In this document: in pieces, positions 57,985 through 64,000 of the stretch
Layout of the letters: each line of letters opens with the position of its first letter
How positions within the stretch are numbered: position 1 is the stretch's first letter
Source of the DNA: an uncultured virus (IMG/VR IMGVR_UViG_3300047322_000678)
Taxonomy: Duplodnaviria > Heunggongvirae > Uroviricota > Caudoviricetes
Strand: one strand, 5' to 3'
DNA length: 64,000 bases
IMG/VR virus record: IMGVR_UViG_3300047322_000678
The notes under the pieces: generated by a model
Told to the model about the DNA's origin: nothing
The model's input: only the letters and a program-made list of their open reading frames with translations
Database searches by the model: none
Translations under genes and position numbers: made by a program

Positions 57985-58224
57985 TTATATCCTCTGGTTC
58001 GGATGATGCCACTGGCCAGATGGCGGCAGGGGCCGGCGCAGCCAGCCCATCTTGATGCCATACTGAACCAATGCGATTGGGTCGGTGATGCCCCAGGTAC
58101 CAAGGCGGTCAGCCATGATCATGGCCTCAGTCGGGCACTGGCCGTAAGCACCGGATTCTTTCGAGCATTGGCACAGGATCGGATTCAGACCGCAGAAATT
58201 GCAGATGTCGGTGGATGCGCTCAT
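57985..58224 (-). CDS. Hypothetical protein
   Basis: CNFCG...CQC; GWLRRP. Confidence 0.45.
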   Translation of the reverse strand: MSASTDICNFCGLNPILCQCSKESGAYGQCPTEAMIMADRLGTWGITDPIALVQYGIKMGWLRRPLPPSGQWHHPNQRI

Positions 58225-58228
58225 AGAA

Positions 58229-61200
58229 TTATCGTTTCTCTGGGATTTGCTGGCGAAGGCCAGGAATTCCGGTTTCGATGGATTCCCATATTGTTTTCGG
58301 ATCTAATTTTGCAGGAGGCCCGGTAATTCGTTCGTAAAGATTTGACGGCTCGGTTTCCCGGCGCTCATCCAACACTTGAGCGGTCCATGCCATAATTTGT
58401 GGCACGGCAATGCTCCGCGCCTCGTTACCGATAGTTTGTTGGCGGGTATAACGGTTGGCTAAACCTCCGAACAGCCGGTGCGGACCTTGCACAAACGGAA
58501 CTTCATCAGCTATTCCCCAAGCCGCAGCGAGAATGCCCGCTGGAATACCTTGAGCGTCCTCGTCCTTTTTCCGTAATTTTTCATCAGCAGTTTGGTGAAT
58601 GGCGGCTCCTAACTGAATCGTATTCAAAGCCGGATGATGTAGAATATTCGCAGGAATTCTTTCACCAAACATTTCAATATCTCCAGGTTTTAGCTCCCCC
58701 GGCTTTCTCTTTTTGCCTTGTTCATATAACCCTCCAATTTGCTCGTAACCGATATATCCCAAGGCCAGAGCGGCAAAGCCGATGGAACCCTTCTTTAATT
58801 CCTGCATGATGAGATCGGCCTGATTGGGGGTGAGAGTGTCTAAACCTTTTCGGATTGCGTTTATGGCACGAACACTTCCGGTAACTGAACCAGCGGCATA
58901 TTTCAAAGTTTCACCGGCAATATTAGTCGGAACTTTTGTCACGGGAAACATGAACCTGGCTGCTGTTGCCAAAACCTTGCCGCCGGGATTTGGATGACCG
59001 CTTTCACCTTTTCGCTCAAGGGCAGCAAGCGCAGCATTAAATGCTGAAGCGATTCGGCTATCTTGCAGAAAAATTTGTTGATTGCCGTACTTGTAAGCAT
59101 CCATCGCAATCCGATATTTAAGAAATTCACTGTCCACTGGAAATCCCTGTTTTGCATACCATTCCCCCAATTTCTGAGTTGTATTTTCGTGCCAGTATTC
59201 CAGTCGGGATTTGGCCTTTTCAAATCCGCCGCGTTTGACTGGGGCTTTAATGACCCCATGTGAACGACCGGGGATATTGAGCAATAAGGAAGCTAATTCA
59301 TTTTCTCCAGTGTAACTTTCACCCTGCTTTCCATAAAGCACATCAAGATCGCTGCGACCTGTTTTTGCAACCGCCACTGCGTCCGTCATTCCTTTAGTAA
59401 AAGCGCCTCCATAGCCACGCATAGTGGCTTTGAGCTGCCGACCGGCACCTTCTGTGGGCGCTCTTTGTGAAATTCCACGAATACCCGGAATAACACTCAA
59501 AGCTTCACCGGCAACATCCTCTGCTAACGTAAAAACAGCACGCCACCCTGCCGCGCCGAACAGTTTAGGAATTACCATTGGCGAGCTAAGGGCGCTAAAT
59601 CGACGAAACTTTGTGGTCCAATCAAGAGCCTTTTCCCATCGGGTCCGGTTCTTGAGCCGGTCTGCAATGAGCATTTCTTGATACTTCCTTTTAACCCGCT
59701 CATAATTTGCTTTAAGACGGGTAGCAGTTGTATCCAGTTGAATCTCCCGTTTCGGTTTCGTGGTGAAATCTTTATCCGCCATCTTCTGGTTCAATTCCTC
59801 AATCCGATTGCTCATCCGGGTCTTGAGCGTGTCCAAGGACGATTTGAGTTGAGTGCCGGGATCTGAAATCGGCACCTGAAACTTGCGTTTTGCTTCATTG
59901 ACCAGCTTAATCAATCGTGATTGTTCCCGAGTCACTTCCGCCCGTTCAATGCCGGTCTTGAGCGGGGGCTGACCGGCTTCCATATCTTCAAGTTTCGCCA
60001 CTTCCTGCATCTGCCGTTTCAGATCACGCAGTTCGACACTGATCTGGTCCTTGGACAATTGCTTGAAATCGCCGTAACCGGATATGGCATCCATCGTCTC
60101 GCGACGGGTAAAGGTCGGGTCAACTTCCTGCAACACACCGTGAACAGCATCAATTAGCTGGTCCCGCTGCTTAACGCCTTGCTCGACAAAGATTCGAGCC
60201 AGTTTCCGGACCATGTTGGTCACTTCATTGCGTTTACCGGCATCGACCTTGTTCTTGATGTTGGTCTTAGCAATGTCCTTTTGCTGATTCAGATCAATAC
60301 CCCGGACCGCTCGCTGAACTTTCGGTGCCTGACCGCCAGCAACTTTCTGAACATGATCATTCAAGGCTTTCTGAGACGAATCCCAGACCGTTTGCAGGTG
60401 CGGTTTAATCCGGTCGCCCAGAGCCTCAGCCATCTTCACTCCCCATTCACCGAACTCGATTGCACCGGACAGAATCTTGGATACACCCAAATCAGTCAGG
60501 TCAGCTAAGACTTGGGGACTGAGCGTGAATAGCTTTCCGGACAACCTTTTGAGCGCGGCATCGGCCCGGTTGTCGAAGTAACCCTTAATTTTGTCCGCGA
60601 TGATACGGACATGCGGTTCCACAGTCGGTTCACGCTTCGCTTCCAGAGCGACTTTATCCAGTGCCGCTTTGACTTCCAATTCGGCAATGCGCTGGTCCCG
60701 GTTGAGGACTTCTTCTTTATGCGCCTTTTCGGCTTCGGCAATTTGTTCATGGAGCTTGGCTATCTGACTTGATTCAGCGTCGGTTAATGGTCTGCCACCA
60801 ACCGCCGCCCGTTTCCGTAATCGCATCTCGATCAGGCTGAAATCGTCCCCGGCACCCATCTTCTGCGCCTGTAATGTCCGGCCAGCTTCCGATCCGGTCC
60901 CGTTCCGGCCCACAGCCCGATCCAGTTCTTCCAGTTGATCCTCGAATACCGCCGCTGACACTTTCGCCTCAGCCAGATCCTGAGTCCGATTATCATCAAA
61001 AGCCTGTGCGATACGGGACAAGGCATTGTTCAGTTCTGCCGTAATCTTTTGCCGATGCCAAACCAGACCCGCATTTTCCCAGGACAAGAGAGGACGCGGT
61101 TTCTTGAGCACTTCGGCAATCAGATTCGGAACCCAATTCGGGTCACGATTCATCTGGGCCAGAGCTTTGGCATTGTCCTGATCCCATGTGCGCCGTTCCG

Positions 61201-64000
61201 TGTCGGGCATGGGTGGTTTACCCATTGCAACCCGGTCCCGGTCAATTGCCGAGAACATGTTGGAGACGACTGTGCCGGGTTCGTTGAATTCAGGCGGGAT
61301 TGCGCCACCGACCCCGATTGTTGGTGGTCCCTGATCGAACGGTCGAACATCTTTCGCCTCGTAAAAGACCTCACCGAGATTGGTTTTAACAAACCAGCCA
61401 CCTCTCGGACCCGATGCGGATATGGTTCCTTCCCGGTGCATTGGTGCCTGACCAACCCAAACCTTATCTCCTTCTTTCAGAGCTGGTTTCTCAAACAATC
61501 CCTGTTGCTGCTTATCCGCAATCGCCTTGGCCTCGGACTTATCCTTTTCAGCTTTGGCTTTCTCAGCCGCGATCCGTTCTGCGTCAGTTCCTTTCTCGCC
61601 AGCTAGATTGAACGGCTGGTCCTCGCCCTGAAACATTTCACCGGACTTTTCACCGGGACGGAGTTTGGGAGGTTCTGTTTTGGGTTCAGGAACAAATTCG
61701 GGTTCGCCGCCCTTTTCTTTCAGCGATCCTTTATCAATGTGGATTTTGGTCCCGGCCAGTACCTGAACGTCACCGAATTTGTTCCCACCATTGAGCCTGG
61801 TCCCAGTTATTTCTTCGTTGTCATCAAAAGCAAAGTTATCCAGCTTCACTTTCTGGCCATCAACAGTAAATTCCGCACCGGGATAATACTGCGTCAGATC
61901 AACTGGTTCCTTGCCCGGACCCTCTTTAGTGGCGTTATCAAACTGAGTCTGCTTATCGGCTTGGGTATTTATCTGTTTCTTTTCCGATGCGGCTCCGGAA
62001 CGTTCACCTTTCCGTGCCTGTGCCGATTCGTTCAAGGATTCAAGAAATGCAACATCATCCGGGAATTGTTTTGTCATGTCCCGGTGGACTTCATCCGGAC
62101 CAACGCCTTCTTTTCCGAACAGTTCCCTTGCTGCTCCAATTGGTTTGAAATTCTCAATCAGTTTCCGAGCCTTGCTCAGAGAAATCTTGCCCTTACCAAG
62201 AATCTCTTTGGCTTCGGAGACGGTATCGTAAGGCTTTTCTTGACCAGTATCAGTTTTGGGAGCTTTCTTCACCTCCCCCGTCGCGCCCTCCGCTGGCTTG
62301 GGGGCGGGAGCGAGTGGGGTGGGTTGAGGTATTTCCGAAACAGGTTTAGCCCTTTTACTGTCTCTGGATATTTCAAATATCTTCCCATCCGGGGTCTTTA
62401 CATATCCCTTCCGACCGGCTTCGAGATTGTCATGGACTCGTTGTGCCGCAACTTTGAATTCCCGTTTCGGGTCTTTGACATAATCTATCGGGACTTCCTT
62501 GCCACCATACACGGCAACGTGATGATCGGATTTCGATGGTTCCGGCTTTACATCCTGTTCCGTGGATGGCTTGGGTTCTGGTGCGGGGGGCAGTTTCAGT
62601 TCTCCGGTTTTTCCGGATAACTGGTCCTCAGACGGATGCTCCACGCTTCTCCATGTCCCGTGCTGACGTGCGGCTTCTAGGTGCTTATTCAGATCCGAAA
62701 CGGCTGCTTCTTCTGTTTCTCCAGTACCGTGCATGTTACCGAATTTCGGGTCATGCGCCGTTGCTGTATAAGCCTTAACTGCATCATCATAAAAAACTCT
62801 TACATCTTCTTTCTTCCCAGCTTCGGGTGCTTGACCCCCTCGCTCAACATTTTCCGGGATTGGGCTTTGGACGGGCACTTGCTCCGGGCCTTGCCGGGGT
62901 TGTGCAGACACATCTGAAACAGGTTTCTCTGGGATTGGTTGTACGGCATTTTCTTCCTTTGGTTTTGGTTTGGTTTCTGGTTCTGGTTTAGCTTCCTCAA
63001 CCGGCGCAGGCGCAGGTTTCTCCGCCTCCGCCTCTTTCATCTGCATGGCCTGTTTTGACTCAGCAACCGCCTCAGACGCGGCTTCTGTCGCTGGGATGAG
63101 TCCTGATGGTGGTGGAGTCGGTGCGGGGGCTGGTACGGGCACCGGGGCGGGTTCGGGAGCTTTTACGGGTTCGGCCTTAGCCTGAACGGTCTGCCCGACT
63201 TCGGCTAAGGCTTGAGCGGTGGCGGGAGCGCCTGCGGCGGCGACCTTAGCTGCTTCAAATCCGATCCGGGTAGGCTTTGATACATCAAATGGAAGTCCCG
63301 GTACAGATTGTAACGCTTCCGATTCAAGCCCTGCTCTGGCCATTTCGCCAGTATGCAAAGCCGGCGCCACAGCCATTGCTGTATCAATCCCGGCTTGAGT
63401 CAAGAGCTTGGCAATCTTCTGTTTATCCCGTTTATCTTCCGGCAAAGCCATTTCCTGACCCAGTTCAGCCGCTATCTTGGGCGCTTCCTCGACTGCGTTC
63501 TTTCCCATCAAACCCGTCCACAGGGCCGATACCAGCGCCTTGCCCACTGTTCCGGTCGAAGCCAGGCCCATGCTCGCCGCCATGTAAACCAGGTTCCGAG
63601 GTGTGGTCAGGCTGTTTATGGCCGGTCGCAAAGCTTCGTTGATACCGGCTTCAATCGGGCCTTTGGCTTCGGACGGTGGTTTGATCAGGTAATCGCCAAG
63701 ATTAAGCAGGGGTTTGTCCTGATCCCGGTCAGTGACGGACGGGGTTTCGGCCTTTATCGGGTTCCGGACATAACGCGGGTCTTTAGCCCAATCGGGAACG
63801 GTCGGTTCCGTAGCTGATTTGGACTGTTCCTGAGTCAGACCCTCGAATGGACTGACCGGGAATGTGCCTTTGGGTATGGCCGGTGCCTGGTCAGGTGCGG
63901 GCTTGGGGGATGGGAGGGTAACGCCTGATTCGGCACCGGCTAAAGAACCACCGGGTTTGGTGCTGATTATTTTTTGGTAATCTAACGAGAAAGATTTGCT
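58229..64000 (-). CDS. Very large internal virion / DNA-ejection-type protein (5'-partial, >1,900 aa)
   Basis: The frame of the 1800 aa track ORF stays open for 123 more codons to position 64000; P/E/K-rich linkers and long helical regions. Confidence 0.65.
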   Translation of the reverse strand, partial: SKSFSLDYQKIISTKPGGSLAGAESGVTLPSPKPAPDQAPAIPKGTFPVSPFEGLTQEQSKSATEPTVPDWAKDPRYVRNPIKAETPSVTDRDQDKPLLNLGDYLIKPPSEAKGPIEAGINEALRPAINSLTTPRNLVYMAASMGLASTGTVGKALVSALWTGLMGKNAVEEAPKIAAELGQEMALPEDKRDKQKIAKLLTQAGIDTAMAVAPALHTGEMARAGLESEALQSVPGLPFDVSKPTRIGFEAAKVAAAGAPATAQALAEVGQTVQAKAEPVKAPEPAPVPVPAPAPTPPPSGLIPATEAASEAVAESKQAMQMKEAEAEKPAPAPVEEAKPEPETKPKPKEENAVQPIPEKPVSDVSAQPRQGPEQVPVQSPIPENVERGGQAPEAGKKEDVRVFYDDAVKAYTATAHDPKFGNMHGTGETEEAAVSDLNKHLEAARQHGTWRSVEHPSEDQLSGKTGELKLPPAPEPKPSTEQDVKPEPSKSDHHVAVYGGKEVPIDYVKDPKREFKVAAQRVHDNLEAGRKGYVKTPDGKIFEISRDSKRAKPVSEIPQPTPLAPAPKPAEGATGEVKKAPKTDTGQEKPYDTVSEAKEILGKGKISLSKARKLIENFKPIGAARELFGKEGVGPDEVHRDMTKQFPDDVAFLESLNESAQARKGERSGAASEKKQINTQADKQTQFDNATKEGPGKEPVDLTQYYPGAEFTVDGQKVKLDNFAFDDNEEITGTRLNGGNKFGDVQVLAGTKIHIDKGSLKEKGGEPEFVPEPKTEPPKLRPGEKSGEMFQGEDQPFNLAGEKGTDAERIAAEKAKAEKDKSEAKAIADKQQQGLFEKPALKEGDKVWVGQAPMHREGTISASGPRGGWFVKTNLGEVFYEAKDVRPFDQGPPTIGVGGAIPPEFNEPGTVVSNMFSAIDRDRVAMGKPPMPDTERRTWDQDNAKALAQMNRDPNWVPNLIAEVLKKPRPLLSWENAGLVWHRQKITAELNNALSRIAQAFDDNRTQDLAEAKVSAAVFEDQLEELDRAVGRNGTGSEAGRTLQAQKMGAGDDFSLIEMRLRKRAAVGGRPLTDAESSQIAKLHEQIAEAEKAHKEEVLNRDQRIAELEVKAALDKVALEAKREPTVEPHVRIIADKIKGYFDNRADAALKRLSGKLFTLSPQVLADLTDLGVSKILSGAIEFGEWGVKMAEALGDRIKPHLQTVWDSSQKALNDHVQKVAGGQAPKVQRAVRGIDLNQQKDIAKTNIKNKVDAGKRNEVTNMVRKLARIFVEQGVKQRDQLIDAVHGVLQEVDPTFTRRETMDAISGYGDFKQLSKDQISVELRDLKRQMQEVAKLEDMEAGQPPLKTGIERAEVTREQSRLIKLVNEAKRKFQVPISDPGTQLKSSLDTLKTRMSNRIEELNQKMADKDFTTKPKREIQLDTTATRLKANYERVKRKYQEMLIADRLKNRTRWEKALDWTTKFRRFSALSSPMVIPKLFGAAGWRAVFTLAEDVAGEALSVIPGIRGISQRAPTEGAGRQLKATMRGYGGAFTKGMTDAVAVAKTGRSDLDVLYGKQGESYTGENELASLLLNIPGRSHGVIKAPVKRGGFEKAKSRLEYWHENTTQKLGEWYAKQGFPVDSEFLKYRIAMDAYKYGNQQIFLQDSRIASAFNAALAALERKGESGHPNPGGKVLATAARFMFPVTKVPTNIAGETLKYAAGSVTGSVRAINAIRKGLDTLTPNQADLIMQELKKGSIGFAALALGYIGYEQIGGLYEQGKKRKPGELKPGDIEMFGERIPANILHHPALNTIQLGAAIHQTADEKLRKKDEDAQGIPAGILAAAWGIADEVPFVQGPHRLFGGLANRYTRQQTIGNEARSIAVPQIMAWTAQVLDERRETEPSNLYERITGPPAKLDPKTIWESIETGIPGLRQQIPEKR

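Noticed and set aside
61739..62620. 293 aa Phe-rich plus-strand ORF
   Set aside because: Antisense to the Lys/Glu-rich giant protein.
1..64000. Stop-codon reassignment
   Set aside because: Long genes are intact in the standard code, and TAA, TGA and TAG all end plausible genes; only one in-frame TGA junction was noticed.

Overview
The window is most of a tailed dsDNA phage (or prophage) genome, probably podovirus-like. No integrase or host housekeeping genes are visible. TN-rich secreted proteins and 'ITN...LxW...F(R/W)' beta-sandwich modules suggest a Verrucomicrobiota-type host (inference). Layout: (1) minus-strand tail-fibre genes headed by a dual-specificity phosphatase, 1-5266; (2) terminase large subunit on +; (3) HNH, DNA methyltransferase, DnaC-like loader and an initiator with an internal iteron origin; (4) a + strand early/middle block of small genes, 11.3-24.7 kb, that includes a lysyl-oxidase-domain gene; (5) a long minus-strand late region running from a >1,900 aa ejection-type protein through portal, a modification cluster (ATP-grasp, vWA, PurA-like, three-domain glycosyltransferase, three SAM methyltransferases), scaffold, a TET-associated-type glycosyltransferase and major capsid, ending in a block of signal-peptide-bearing adhesin-like, lipoprotein and holin-like genes. 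Top novelties are the phage-encoded lysyl oxidase sharing an N-terminal module with a beta-propeller protein, a promoter-bearing wHTH-vWA-PurA-like cassette, and several classes of structured non-coding leaders. All calls come from reading motifs by eye; no searches were run.
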